DNA from: Marsupella aquatica
Taxonomy: Eukaryota > Plantae > Marchantiophyta
Assembly (NCBI GenBank): GCA_973895155.1
Contig: OZ316894.1
Location: 11,089,792 to 11,153,791 of the forward strand
Direction: 5' to 3'
DNA: 64,000 bases
The position numbers were made by a program, and so were the translations under genes. The notes beneath the pieces were generated by a model. The model saw only the letters and a program-made list of their open reading frames with translations. It had not been told where the DNA came from and did no database searches. This document shows, in pieces, positions 12,488 to 27,600 of this stretch; position 1 is the first letter of the stretch, and every line of letters begins with the position of its first letter.

Positions 12488-15189
12488 ACAGTACAACTTC
12501 ATGACTGCAAAACCCCTTGGTAAAACACAAGTTCCTGTCTAAGAAGGTACTCTCGATCACTGTACTTTTTGGTGTTTCTTCTTTTTTTCCAGTGTGGCCA
12601 ATGTCGCCTTGTGTGAAGAGAAGACACTTAATATTTGTTATCTGATCTTTCCTTATTACTTTCTGAAATCTCCCTCCATATATATATATATTTATATATT
12701 TATTTATATATTTTTGGCAAAAGGCCTAAAGCCCAAAACTTTATTCCATAACATTGGACCAAGAGAGCCAACAAAATGATTGCCTGGGAGGAGGAGGAGG
12801 CAGGAAAGAAACGAACAATTAAGGGGGCAAAAGAGGGGGCACCCCCGGAGAAACGGAGAATGAGACCCCCATCCAATCTGCCAATAGGGGAGGTTCCCTC
12901 CATACATTTAAGGTTGATCATTAGATTTTGGCTATTTTGAGTCAGGGTAAAACTATCCTTATAACTTTCTAAAATCTCCCTACATATATTTAAGGGTGAC
13001 CATTAGATTGTTGCTATTTTGAGTCAGAGTAACACAAATTTTTGTCTGTTTTCAGAATATTTCTTTCCCACGTTTGTTCAGATTTTTAGTAAAAAATGGG
13101 TGATGTTGATTCTAAAGTAACACTATTTCATTCCAAGGAAAGTAACACTATTTCATGAGCGCGGAAATAGTGTTATGACAATATTTAGGTTGACTAACAG
13201 TAATTCATGTGTAGACGCTGAAAATTGGCACTCTCAAATTAGTGTTAGTCACATTAATTAAGGTGAAAAGTGTAGCTAATTTTTGTCAAATGTGGCCGAC
13301 ACTTTTCACAAGGGACTAAACTAGTTTTTGTCACAAGTGGCAACTACTTTTTCACACAAGTGGAATCTAGTGAATTTTAGCCACTAAAAAAATAGCTGCT
13401 CTGAGTAACCTGTAGCGTACATTGTGTATCACTGAATAGCATTTCATATTTTTTGGAAATCCTAAGTACCGTCTGACCTCATTAGTTCACCATAGGGGTT
13501 GATCTACTGCTCAAAACATAGATCTATCTGAGATATACTGCCACTAAGGTCCTAAAAAATAAACAATTCATATTTTCTCACAAATCACCAAAAATAGGGT
13601 AAGAGGGTCCTATGATGCAAAGTGAGAGGGAGAGGCTGGAGGGGATTTCTGTTCACCTTGGCAAATCAACTATGGTGGGTTAGACTAATTAAGCTGTGGT
13701 TTGTAAGATAAGATATATGAGGACAAAACAACCCTCGTTTCTACTTTGTTTAGAATCATATTTCTGACTGATTATGGTAACCTGGATCCACTAAATTTTG
13801 GTTGAGGTTAGTGGCAGTGTTTTATAACAATTGTAAATTAAAGAGCTGTAAGCTTGGACTGGATCTACATCCAAACCTTTGGTCTTATTGGCTTTCTAAC
13901 CTTACATGGGATCTGCCGAGATGTGGAACTAGCATGCCTATCAAGTGAGAATTTTGACTTCATACGAAGGACATTTTGGGATCCAATCCAAGTTAAATGT
14001 TCCAAGAGCCAACTTAATAGAGACATTGTGAGAGATGGAGATAGAAAAGGGGCACGGCCCATATGAACTTTTTCCATACCTTACCTACACTTTTCTCAGT
14101 CTGATAATTTGCTTAATGTGCTTTTGTATCGTACCAATTTAGAAACAAAGTTGGTGAAGTTGCTTTGATCACAAATATGAACAGTGGTGGAGACAACAAT
14201 CAAGACCATGGTTGTGAAAAAGGACCTCCATCATGGCTCTCATTGTCCATGCCAAACACCCAAATAGAGGACTCGCTACTCTTTGTATGGCCCAGACTTT
14301 TGGTTTTAGAGCCACTAGTCAAATTCCTCTTCATGACCCTCTCTGCATTTTTTTCTCTGAAGCATTACCAAACTTTTCAGTTTGGTGCTCAGCAAGGCCT
14401 TAGTTCTGACATTATTGGGGACTCGTGGGATTTTTGGCTCTGTGGTTGTTCTGTTTCTTTCCCTTGTTTTCACCCCTTTTTAGGTCTTGCCTGTGGATCA
14501 TGTCACCTAGTTAGGCACTTCTTATTCCTTGGGAGTTTGTTATATGTAAGAGATGTGTCCGAAGCTTACAATTATGTTTCTAAGAGGGCAGAGTGTGTGA
14601 AAAATTTATAAGAGTTGGGCTTAAACCTTACACTTATGTCCTGGGGGTCACTATATGGAGGGAAACGGTTTGGGTTATGTATGACACCCCTTAGTTACTT
14701 TAAATGAAGTTGACACCAATCATGTGATCAATGACATCTATTATTGTGTAATTTAGATACCTTATATTTTCAATTAAAATTAGTTTAAAAAAATTCTCTA
14801 AAATGACTAAAATGACCCTGTACTTTGGTGCACATGATGTGGACCTGACCCCCCAAGCTTATGGCTCTAAGAGGGCAGAGTGAACTTATCAAAAAATCAA
14901 ACAATACTTACATAATAGTGCATTAATTGGAATATGCACACCCAATGCTACTATTCAGGTGTTGGGTGACACCCGGCAACAATGAAGGTCACGTCCTATT
15001 TGCACAATAGTTTGCAAATGTTGTTTAGCTTTTTGTGGATACTGGCAATGAAGCATTAACACTAGCGCACATACCGACTTCCTATACATGGTACCATTTC
15101 ATATAAGATTTGAAAATATTTGTCTAGCTACCTTTCCATCTAAGGAGCGCAAAATTACCCCAAAAGCATGTTAGATCATTCAGTGAGAC

Positions 15190-16135
15190 ATGCCCCTAGC
15201 CCCCAAGGAGACACCACTTAACTCATATATGGTTCTGGAGACCTGCCACCCTAGACAAACTTTTCTCCCCTATAATTGGCCCTCAACTTGTACTCCAACC
15301 CGATCACATGGGCACGCAAAACATTTGCTACACCCATAACTTTCTAGTTAGATGCCCATAGGTGAAGTGCCTTAGCCCATTGTAATCGGACCGACCTGGG
15401 GCTCATGCTCAGATCCACAAAACCCATTATATTGTCAATCAAGGGTTCTGGATGGCTCCATCGGCGCCGCATTGTATCTCATGTGCCAAATCTCCATTGC
15501 GCATGAACTAAACTTCTTTGGCCTTGGGCCCAAGAGTAGCTCTCACTCAAGCCCTCAAGACTTAAAGTTTGCTCGGGGGTTTGGACACCCCTTCTCATTG
15601 GGAGCTTGGCCCTTCACATTGGGAGCTTGGCCCTTCCGATGACCCAACCAGCTCCCAATGCTAGTCTAAGTCCTTACTGTCGGTGTGTCACCGGCTTAGC
15701 GTATTGTCTTTGCTAGTGCAACACTTCAATGCCCACTAGTATCCCCATACTTAGTCCCCACTGGACGTTTGGAGGCCTGAACCATAGAGGAGCTCGGCAT
15801 TAGAGTCAACAAGGTGGGAGCTAAGTGGTATGGTAGTCAAGTTCCGTGACTTGCACGCCCCCCCTCCCCCTTAAAAATGGTCAATGTCCGCGTGACCCAA
15901 GTATACGTTCCAACACACCTAGACCACTTTGGGTCTGAAAAACATTGTGAGGTAACAATTGGTTTGCCTATAAGGATGATGCAAACCAGGCTGGAGTGCG
16001 CATTCCAGACTTAGGAAATTCTAACCTAACTTATCCAAGGAGCTAGTCTGTGCGAGTAACCCAACTGAGTTAGCCGCGCTGGAGCTAAGTTGTAGGGAGC
16101 TAAGTGGTAGGGAGTCAAGTTTTGCGATTGACAAC
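15190..16135 (-). mobile_element. Fragment of copia internal leader homologous to 47910-48545
   Basis: Shared blocks GGAGACACCACT..CTCATATAT..TTCTGGAGACC, GTGCCTTAGCCC.TTGT, TTGGCCTTGGGCCCAAGAG and GGAGCTAAGTG. Confidence 0.75.
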
Positions 16136-18416
16136 CATAAACAAATTTCTAGAGACTGTTGCCCCAAATATTAGACCAATGTGGAGTTTGAGAGAAAATA
16201 TGTTGAATCCATGTGAAGCATCTGCACAATTGCTTGATGCAGTGCCAGCACTACGTTAACGAGGGTTCACTTTCAATTCTAAAATCTTACTTAAATAAAT
16301 ACATTTGCAAGGGCACCAGTCTGGCGAGCTATCTGCACTAGTTTTCCTCTGTCATCTATATGGTAGGTCACAAGCATTATTATGTGATTAATTTTAAAAT
16401 TGTTTGCTCATTACTCATATACTTCTCAGAAGGTCAAAGTGGTAACCTCAAGTAACCCAGACCAGACCAGACCAGACCAGGATGTGGAAGCAATTTAATA
16501 CCCTAGTAGTAATTAGGTTTGGGCAAGAGAAATTGACAATGGCTCCCATTGCCAAAATGTGATGCTCCCAAATGCATGGCCTGGAAATATACTCAATCCA
16601 CCACGGAAAGTGGGAAGGAGAAGAAGTCCCAGACAGGACAGCCTGAAAACTTTCTACTGGGAAAAATGCCCCGGAAACTTGTTTTCTCATGAAGTAGGCT
16701 GCAATTTTCCTCTTCAAGTAGGCTGCAAACACATATTTTGGATAGCTACCAAAAAAATACTGGAATAACTAGACTGATAAATACTTTTGGCTGGGAAAAT
16801 TCTTTATGGTCACCTGCAAAAGTCTGGAAGCATGCTAAAATAGGATTTGGGGATCGAGGAGTAACTGTCAAACACATTGATGGACAACATTGGAAGAAAT
16901 CCCCCAATAAATCCTTCATCAGAACACAATTTTGATTGATCTGACTATTTGTATTACTGCATTGATATGACCTACAATGTCTAACATGGAAGTTGGTATG
17001 ATGCACACAAAAGTTGCTTTTGCCTTATGCAAGAAAGATTTTATTCCTGGAAGTTGGCACTTGGTAGTGAGCAAAGTCAATGTGATCTTTAATCATGACA
17101 TGATTTTCATAGGAGTTACTTGCATTTTTAGTTGCCATTACTTTCTTGATGGTAGGATCTCATTTTGTGCCCCAGGTTGTTCAGCCTTTATAGGATTTCT
17201 CTCTCCCTTTGTCCAACAATAAGAAAAATCTTCTTTTGCACGGGTCAATCATTTGGCAAGCTTGAGAGTTAGGATGATAAATCGTTGATATTGACAAGCT
17301 GCATAATTATGAACAAAGATAGGCCTTGGTAAAATATTAGGAGATAAATATTGGGTATAGAGGTCATAGTGGACATGTGTCAATACCAGCCTGGTTTACA
17401 GATAAATAGGGAGGATTTGAGTTCCAGAAAAATATAATGTACAAAATTGATGACCACTAGGATGACAATTACAATGAATTCCAAAAGGTCGTTAAGAGGT
17501 ATTTGTAATCAACTCAATCCCTGATTAGTTGAGATTTATAGTCTACCACTTGTCCAATTGAACACCTAATTTAATTTTAAGTTATTAAACTTTTTCCATT
17601 TTTTCAGAAGGTCATTTTTGGACCAATCAATCTCATCATACTACAGTATATAGTTTGTACATCTTCTTCATAAAGTAAAATAGTGCATCAATATTAAAAA
17701 GAGGGAATATTCTTAGAAAATTAAATTAAAAATATGAATTTATATTGAGTTGTTATGCAAAAGGTATGGCTAGCTTTAGTGAGTGTTAAGTGTCAACAAA
17801 ACTTAATGTGTGAGTCATTCCACATATGCCACTTGGGTGCTTTCTCACTTATAAAGCCTCAATCATTGTCAAAAATCACAAATGATTACACTTTTGCATC
17901 CTAGAGTGAACAGATGCTTGCAATGCAATTTGGCCACCGGACTCAACCATTGGTTGCATCTACATCTCAACTTAGGCACCGACCTAAGGTGTTAACTAAG
18001 TTGCATGAACTATTGTATAGACATAGAGATACTAAAGTAAAAGTTTTGCATGGAGAATTACCCTTGGAAGTATCATGAATGTACTCCTATTTGTCTTTAA
18101 TGAAATTGTACTAACTACCTTTTAAATGTTTTTCATTTAGAGTCCTCCATGTAATATTTGTCCTCTCATCTATTTATTCCAATGTGCAACTCTTCATGGC
18201 TCCAACCCGAGCATACATTCCCAATCTTGTGCAACCCTTTCTAATTCAGGGACAACTTTCCTCTACATTGATACAACGCTCAATTTTTTGAATGCAAGAA
18301 ATTGGGAGGCACAATGCTCTATTAATTTGGGTGAAAAATGATTTTCCATTTGAAACACACTTAGAATGAAAATACTTCATGTTGTGGGTGTTATGGTTCT
18401 CCTTCAATCTTAGAGG

Positions 18417-18745
18417 TGTAGAGCAAAGAAGACCTTCAGAATGACAAGCCCAAGAACCATCCAACACACAAGTAGTTGACAACGAGAGATACATGGTTCA
18501 CCTTAACTGCATGAGGCTACGTCCACAGGAACACTCGAGAGCTTTACAACACTCCAGGCCCATTGGCCATACCAAGTCTCGGCAATACAAGATCTCTCTA
18601 TCTCTTAACTCACTCCGTAACAATGAGCCTGAGTTACTCTTATCCAAGCAAGCACTGCTTGGGATATAGTGTGTAGCCTAGTCAACCTAACCTAGTATGT
18701 GTCTACACTTAGCCTTAACTACAATTACAGTTGTAACCCTAGACT
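18417..18745 (-). mobile_element. Solo-LTR-like copia remnant (same LTR family as 41570-41914)
   Basis: Contains GAGAGATACATGGTTCACC...ATGAGGCTACGTCCAC.GGAACAC...GAGCTTTAC...CCGTAACAATGAGCCT. No clear TSD. Confidence 0.75.
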
Positions 18746-19879
18746 ACGAGTAAATGCCTAACAAGAGGGAGATATAATGTTCAAAAATTAATCTAAGAAA
18801 ATTATAAGGAAGGTTCAACATCTTTTTATTTCTTTTTCTGCATGAACCCCACAAGGGGGAGGACCAAAGAAGGCCATCAATACCAAAAAAGCCCACAAGG
18901 ACAGTTGAGTAAAGCCCAATTACAACCAGGGGTCTCAAACTCAAGGTTCAAAATCTTCTACTTCACACTAGGTGACATTCCTCACATTGGGACAAACTGA
19001 AAACCTTAAGAAATAGGCTGGTAGGGACACTAGGGTTGCTTGGTACCAGGCTGGTTGACAGTGGAGCACTCCAGGTGCTAGAGGGGCTGGGGTTGCAGAA
19101 GATGTGGAGGGGCGGCAGGGACTAGAGGCTGCAACAAGTCACCTTCAAACAAAGGGGCCTTGCGAGGCAGTTTTCCCCTGGATGTCAAGGGACCCCATCA
19201 AGTGTTTTTCTCCTTGCTATTGTTTTGTCCTTTCGGTCTGGGAAGGCTTTAGGTCAAACTTGGTGACACATCTTAAACTGTTACGGTCACCAAAGCTGTT
19301 ACATGACAAAGTAATCACTAGTTGCCAACCACACTTATTTCTTACTTGACTAATTATATATGGTAATCTAGATCACCAAGTTTTGCTTTAGGAATATTGG
19401 CAGTTTAAGCCACCACTGGCCCGCTATGGAAGGACAACAATGACAATTCTTTTCCATTGCTAACAACATTATTGACTAATGATTGTAATATACGTCCACC
19501 AAGTTTTGCTTAGGGTACATGTAGAGTGAAAATTGTCTTATTTTCAAGCCGTCGAAGTAGACTGTAAAAGGGGAAACATTTTTGTCTGGTGTGGACCAAT
19601 CCTACATGGCAAGCATTTGGCCCAAGTAACTGAAGTGGAGCGCTTATTTGCCTATGAGTTTAGACCACCACCTCCTGCGGTTCATCACAAACAATTCCAA
19701 ACTTTGGCTCCTTCATTCAAGGGATTTGCATTTATTGAACTTCGTTCAAAATATCTTTGGTAAGGAGTCTATGTTTAGATTAAGAAGCGGCCCCACATGT
19801 TGCTCCACATGTTGCTTGGTGAAAAAAGTCCCCAAGAGTCTTGTAAAGACACCTTCAGGAGATAATGACAATTGTAATC

Positions 19880-20560
19880 ACCAGTGTCCCTCAAGTTGTG
19901 GGAGGACAAGATAGACACTTTTTGCCCACCGTTAACTTTGTTAAGAACTTTATTGACTAATTATTGTAACCTAGAAGCATCATTAGGGGCCGATTTTGGA
20001 GTTGAAGCCACCACTTTCCCTCTAGATATGGGAGGACGGAACAATCACTTTTTGCCCATTGTTTAGAACTTTATTGACTAATTATTGTAACCTAGATCCA
20101 CCAGGTTTTGCTGGGATAACAATAGCAGGTCAAACCACCATGGTCCCTAAAGCTATGGGGGGACAAAACACTCACTTTTGTCCACCTTTTTAATTTGGTA
20201 AGAACTTTATTGACTAGTTATTTTAACATAGATCCGCCAGGTTTTGCTTGGATGAAAATGGCACTTCAAACCACCATGGTCCATGAAGCTCTTGAGACAT
20301 CCATTTTTAGCCCACTTTTGTTGTTGTGAAGAACTTCTATTGACTAATTAGTGTTACCTAGATCCACCAAGTCTAGGAGACACTGACAGTTCAAACCTCC
20401 ACTATCCCTGACGCTGTTAGAGGGACCAGCTAAACACTTTTTGCACCCTTTTTACTTTGTCAAGAACTTCATTGACCAATGGGCTTCTTGTCCACTTTCT
20501 ACTTTGTGAAGAACTTTATTGACTAATTAGGGTGACTTGGATCCACCAGGAGTTGAACCT
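19880..20560. repeat. Degenerate ~130-bp tandem repeat (about 5 units), with dispersed copies near 13760, 19345 and 19470
   Basis: Recurring core AGAACTTTATTGACTAATTATTGTAACCTAGATCCACCAGGTTTTGCT. Confidence 0.75.
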
Positions 20561-23500
20561 GGGCAATGACGGTTTATCATCAAGCCCACACAAATTACAT
20601 CACATTACCCTATACATACCTACACTGCTAAGGGCCAACTCGCATGTCCAGACCTTTCAGAATGTCGCCCTTACCACTTGCGTCAACTCAACATTTGTAA
20701 CTTATATGTGTTGTGTTTGCCAAGGGGCTCGTGTCCCTGCTGTGTGGTATGTGCAGCATATTATACAAGGCTGCACAAAAATGTGAACCTTAAAATTTTG
20801 ATTTATTCTCTAAATAAAGGTCAAGACTGCAAGGGCTTACCCTTGCTCGTGTGCCCATAAGACCTGCCGTCAGGCCTGTCTAACAAATGGGATACGACAT
20901 GGCAGTATTATCAACTCTAAGAATGACATGTAGCAGTTTAAGGGCAGCTTTCTGAAGGGCCAATAGCATGCAAGTTGGCCCTAAGTCTTGCAACTTTATC
21001 ATGCATTAAAAACCCAAAATGAAAATAGTTTCCAATTAGTACTTCAGAGTTGTAGGTGCATCCTCGAGATTTAGTGGAAGATGGCTGATCATATATAAAA
21101 GTTTCATGGAGAGGAATGCTATTGATCTTTGTGAACCAGAACATGGATGCCAACAGCATGCTTTTCAATTTTGGAAGATTCACTCAATTTTCACTTGAAG
21201 GTAAATTCGTAGTCTCACTGCTTTTATTCATAGCTTGTGTCCACAGGAATCAAACAACTTTTAGGGATATGTGCACAAATGGATGTGCATATGGATCATT
21301 TTGGCCCTTGTTGCAAGGATTGATATCTTTCCCATTAGCGAATCAGACCTTCTGGATTTAAATGATTGTGTTTCTTTAGTACGTTAGTTGTTGATAAGGA
21401 GGATCTTTGGGCTTTGTTTTTTTATCGTCACTCGTAGTACCTATGTCACATGGCCTCCTCATTGCTTGGTTCAGGATAAATTTTGTTTTAATAGGAAGCT
21501 ATATTAACCACTAATACAGCAGGCTCATCGTGGATCATGATTAATAATTTTGTCCTGTAGCAAAGTAAAAGTTAGGGCAATCTAGTGTCACCTAAGTAAG
21601 GTCTTGACCAATACGTTTCACTGCATCGTATGTATGAACATATACATATAGATACATAAGGCAAGTATGTGGTATCTTAGTATATACACTAATTCAGTTA
21701 ATCCTTGAGGTTGTACTTGATTTTCTTTTTACTTGTTGGGTGCTTGTCCTCTTTGGCCCTCTTTTTCTTCCACTTCGTGTACTTTGGTTTTTCCTGTTTT
21801 ATAAAATTTGGTGAAATGTTTTATAAATTTTGGTAAAAGTTCTTCTTGAGGTTAGCTCGGACTTGACACACTTTTGAATGAAAATCAATTGGCTGTAAGA
21901 ATTGAAGTGTCATGGGGCTGGTTCTAGGGGCCTGTTAAGTCCAGCTTTGTCTAGAAAGGGCTGTTAAGTCTTATCATATTTCTCTTAGACATTTACTCTT
22001 GGGTCCGGAGTTATTATGTAACCACAATTAGCTAATCATAGTTAAGTACTTGGTGAAGGTTAGATGTACTATATTCACTAGCAGAACTTAGCTATAGAGT
22101 ATAACTTAGGCTCATTGTTTATGGAGCCATAAGAGATAGGGGGCACATAGGGACAACTTAGAGTTTGTGGAGACATGGTCGACTGGCTCAAAGTTCAATA
22201 AAGAACTCTTGTGTGTTCTAATAGACGTAGCCTTTCAAGAGAACCACATATATCTTCTGTCAATTATTTGTGGATCATTAGATGTTACACATGTGCATGT
22301 CATCTTGAGTAGTACGTGGTTGTTTACTCAACAATCCCCGCAAGAAGCCATGCTTATGTGGTACGACTCTTTTGGCTTCATTCTATGGGTGAGAGCAACT
22401 TCAAAAGGCTCTGTCAATTATGAAGCTCCTATATCCTATATGCTGAATCCACCTTTCAAATTTGAATTAACTTTTGAACCCCTTCAAATTTTACTGAACT
22501 TTTCTGAACTTAAAGTATTTTGAATGTATTTGGCTCCCCTAAAAAAATGCTTAATCTTTCATTTAGAATCACTCCTTAGTGAATTCTCTTTTTTTCTCAG
22601 GAGAGTGAGAGAAATGAATTTGAACAATGTGCACATCTAGTGTACTAAGTTCCCTTTGTGGTTTCCTTCACAAAATTTATGGTTTTAATTGAGTTGATTG
22701 TCATTACCTAGAAGCAAGTGAAAATCTGTACTGTATGTGCACAACTCTTCATTACCTTTTTACTTTCTTGGTCAAAATATGCTTTTCTTTCCATGTGTAC
22801 TTATGGTTTTGTGTGTTATGTCACTCACTCTTAATTAAGATACATTAATTTCTTGGTATATAGTTTACATGTACCTACTTCTTTTATCATAAGTTTTTGA
22901 GCACACTGTTGCATTTAGACCATTGAGAAAATTTAGAAGTATGATTTTTGCAGAAGAAAGCAAGTGTTTGCATATTGGTATCATTAGAGCATGAGTAAAC
23001 ATTGGGAAATAAAAGCATTGGAAAGGAAAACCCCAAGCAGCACGTGGCGCATTGCAAAAGCCCAATGCAACCATGTAAGTTAGTCACGTTCTCAAGTGTC
23101 ATATAGATTTCCAATTATGACTCGGGCAAGGTTGAGGTACAGAGACAGGAGCACCTATATTGGCATGCATGGACCAAAATGGTTTCATGGGTACTCATAG
23201 CTTGGATGTCCGTTGGATGAACCCAAGAGTACAAATGCATCCGGGCTACTTGAGTGCTTGTCCAAGCCTGTCAATTTGTGCAATCGGGCGTAAGGTTGGA
23301 GACCAAACATAGTGGATCAAAGTTGGCTAGGGGATGGCAGGTGCAAAGTATATATGAGGTGAGTGGTGTCTACTCAAGTGGCTCAGGGGCAAGCCCAACT
23401 AAGGTAGGGTCTCTCAAGAATAGGGTCTCTCAAGGGTGTTGTTCTCCATTAGTGTTTATCAGCCATAATGAGGAATTTCCTTCCACAACTGGTCAAAACT

Positions 23501-24271
23501 CAACTCTTGGGCAAACTTAACATGCCTTGGGGGGGGGGGGGGGTTTCAGTCCAGTTTTTTTGTTTGAGACAGGTCACAACACTTGTTTGCAAGTTATCTA
23601 AGCATCATCAAATTTTGAAATCTAGTCATTTTTTAAGGGTGGTGGAGATTGTTGAAGAGTGATGATGCACTTGTATGGCCGAATTTTTTGGTGCAAATGC
23701 TGGCGCACTAATTTCCCAAGTTAGTGGCCGTATAGATTTTTAAAAACCACACAATGTTTCCTGCAATGGGGCCTGCAACATTCCAATTGCGTAAAACATC
23801 CACAAAATACAAAGTTTGAGACAGCCTTATGTGATTGATTCTCATCCACCAGAATTCAGAGAAAGGAAAGGATGCGGCTCTCTCAATGTAGTGCCAAATG
23901 TACAATGTAGGGAGAACTTGATGACAGAGTATCACCAGTAAACAATTCACCCATATTCTGATTTGGTGGATTGTTGCGGTTTTTATTAATATTCCAATTT
24001 AAGTCACATCGCATTATCCAATCCCCAAACAATCAAATTAATGTGATTGGACCGAGATTGGACTTGTCCAATTGATCTAGTATTGGAAGACGCATTTTGA
24101 TTCAAAAGAAATGGCAAAAATGTTCTGATCATTTGAGAATGGCATAACCATTTCCAAGTATTTCCAGATCGGGAATAATTGTGCTATCGTGCTACTATTG
24201 GCCAAGGGGTCCCAATTAGAATCAAATTGGAAAATCATGAAAAAGTGAGCTTTCAAGAATTTACCCCAATG

Positions 24272-24602
24272 TGTAGGATCGAAACGGACAGCATGACGTC
24301 TCATAATCGTCAGTCATACAACACTCCGGTACACCGACACAAAGATACGTGGTTCACCCCATCTGGGCTACGTCCACGGCCGCACCAAGAGCTTCACTAT
24401 GAACATGAAAAGTACATATCACCATAGCTCCATGGTCCAAGCTCTCTCTCTCTCTCTCTTTCTCACAAAGTTCTCAACTAAGTGTTCTCTCTCCATGGGA
24501 CACCAAGAGGGTTATCCCTTCATGAAGAGTCTAGTCAACTAATATTAACTCTGGTTAACTAACTCTAGTTAACCTAGCCAAGGTTGAGTCAAAACCCTAA
24601 CA
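24272..24602 (-). repeat. Copia-1 3' LTR (331 bp)
   Basis: TGTAGGATCG...CCCTAACA, nearly identical to 29769-29867 joined to 39240-39471. Confidence 0.95.
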
Positions 24603-24615
24603 AACTCCCCCTTGA
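24603..24615 (-). other. Copia-1 polypurine tract
   Basis: The minus strand reads TCAAGGGGGAGTT immediately before the 3' LTR. Confidence 0.85.
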
Positions 24616-24635
24616 CTCTAGCCTTGAGCTAGCTG

Positions 24636-27600
24636 CTATCCTTCTGAAGCTAAGATCTGCAGTGAATTGCAATGTCTTGCAAAATCACCATGAGGGATAA
24701 CCTTGGTTAACATGTCAGCTGGATTGAGTTTACCATCAATCTTGACTAGCTCAACCTTTCCTGCTGACACTGCCTCTCTGATGAAGTGATACCGAATATC
24801 AATGTGTTTAACTCTGCCATGTGTCATTTGGTTGGCAGCAATGTGTAAAGCACTATTGTTATCACAATGGAGAAGCACAATGCGTTGTGTAATCCCTAAA
24901 TCCTTCACCAAGTTGCTTAACCAAATTGCCTCCTTAGTTGCTTCAGCTGCTACCACATATTCAGCTTCAGTAGAAGACTGAGATATGCATTTCTGCTTTG
25001 TGGACCTCCAACTCACACATCCACCCGCAAGAGTGAAAGTGTATCTTGAGGTGGACTTCTTCTGGTCCAAATCTCCTCCATAGTCAGAGTCCACATAGCC
25101 AATCAATGATTCTGCATCTTCACTGTGTGCATCAAACAACAGTCCAACAGTAGAGGTTCCCTGCAGATAACGTAGTATCCACTTCACTGCTTCCCAATGT
25201 ATATTTCCTAGATTAGCCATGTATCTGCTCACCAATCCAACAACATGTGCTATATCGGGCCTAGTATAAACCATAAGATACATTAAACTGCCCACAGCAC
25301 TATCATAGGAAACCTTAGACATATGACCTCTCTCAATTGCATCTGTGGGGCAGGATGCAGCTGAAAGCTTAAAATGTGACGCCAAAGGAGTACTCACAGA
25401 CTTGGCGCTTGCCATATTGAACTTGGCAAGAACCTTATTAGTGTACTTACTTTGTGTCAACCACAATTTGCCATTTTGCCTATCCCTATGAATCTCCATG
25501 CCCAATATGCACTTAGCAGCACCCAAATCTTTCATACTAAACTCAGAGCTCAATTGAGCTTTCAGCTTAGTAATGTCAGATTTATTCTTTGCTACTATGA
25601 GCATATCATCCACATAAAGAGCTAGCAAGATAAAACCAAAAGTTTTATCATTCACTCTCTTCATGTATAGACATCAGTCATGCACACTTTGAATAAATCC
25701 AAGTGACAATAGAAAGTCTTTGAACCTCTTATTCCACTATCTTGGACTCTGTTTCAATCCATACAAGGATTTTAACAGCTTGCATACCAGATGCTCCTTG
25801 CCTCTTTTGACATATCCTTCAGGCTGTCTCATGAAGATCACCTCTTCCAGCAAACCATATAGGAAAGCTGTAACAACATCCATCTGTTCCAAGCAGAGAT
25901 AAAAAATAACCATAAGTGCCATGAGTAAGCGAAGGGTAGCTTGTGTGATCATTGGAGAGAAGACATCACTATAGTCCACACCTTTGCGTTGTGTAAAACC
26001 CTTGGCAACCAGCCTTGCCTTGTAAATCTTCTCCTCATGATCACTACCTTCTTTTTTCACCTTATACACCCACTTGCAATCAATTGCTTGCTTTCCTTGA
26101 GGCAGCTCTTCTAGTTGTCACGTCTTGTTGTCATAGAGTGACTTCATTTCCTTATTCATGGTGGCAATCCATTCTGGCTTCTCAAGGGAAGCCATGGCCT
26201 CTGAATAAGTGGACGGTTCTCCATCCTCAATGATCAACACATTCCCAGAATCGTCAGCATCTTCATCATCAATATCTATGTGATCAGATGGAAACCAAGT
26301 TCCAAATTGTGTAGGCTCCTTGTGAGGTCTTGATGAAGATCTCCTTGATGATTTTGGCACTTCAGCAATTGGTTCTGATGTTGCTGGTACTGGTGTTGGC
26401 GCTGACACTGGTTCATGAGCATATTCATGCTCAATCCTGTCAACATTTGGAGTTTCCACCATTTTCTCCCCCTCTTTCAATGAGGAAACCTCATTGAATG
26501 AGACATCGATGCCGACTACCAGCTTTTGTGCCAAAGGGTCCCATAGGCGATACCCTTTCACTCCTTTCTCATAACCAAGAAATATGCACTGCACAGACTT
26601 TGGATCAAGTTTAGTGCGTGATATTGGAGGCAAGAGAGCATATGCCTCATAACCAAACACACGTAGTTTGGTATAATCAGCAGGTCTTTGGTGCCACATC
26701 TCAAAAGGAGTCTTACAACCAATGCTGCTAACTGGAGATAAAGTTAGCAAATAAGCTATCGTATTAACAGCTTCAGCCTAGAAGATCTATGGAAGATCTG
26801 CTTGACTTAACATACTCCGCGAGTGCTCCAACAAGGTTTTGTTGAGCCATTCTACAACACCATTTTGTTGTGGAGTATACACATTGGTCAAATGTCGAGT
26901 AATGCCTTCATGCTCACAATAGAGGTTGAACTCGTTGGAAATATACTCACCACCATTGTCTGAGCGGAGATACTTCACCTTCTTTCTCGTTTGTGTCTCA
27001 ACCTGTGTTTTCCACAGTTTCTTGAAGATTGGAAATACCTCTGACTTCTCACGCATGAAATAAATCCAAATCATGTGTGAATAGTCATCAATAAATGAGA
27101 CATAGTATTTCATGCCTGAAATGGAAAAAACTGGGGATTCCCACACATCAGAATGAATATAATCGAGTATATCTTTGGAGGTATGATGAACAATGTTAAA
27201 ACTTACACGATGCATGCTGCTTGCCAAGAATACAATGCTGGCAAAATTCCAGCTTGCAAGACTTTGCACCGGGCAAGAGTTTCTGCTTACATAGCATCGC
27301 CAATCCTTGTTCACTCATGTGACCTAGTCGTGCATGCCACAAGCGTATCTGGTCCTCCTCTGATGAAACCACATTAACATTGCCAAGGATGGTGTCTCCA
27401 TCCAAGATATATAAATTTCCCTTCTTTTGGGCTTTCATGACATTGAGAGATCCCTTCTTCACTTGCAAAATGCCATCAACTGTACTCCACTAACATCTAA
27501 TAGTGTCCAAAGCTCCAAGAGAAATCAAATTCCTTTTGAGATGAGGAATATGTTTGACATTTGTTAACATTCAAAGAACGCCATCAGACATCTGAATTTT

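Noticed and set aside
11400-24200. Many short 60-150 aa ORFs
   Set aside because: No motifs were recognised. The region is AT-rich decayed repeat sequence, and the ORF lengths are compatible with chance.
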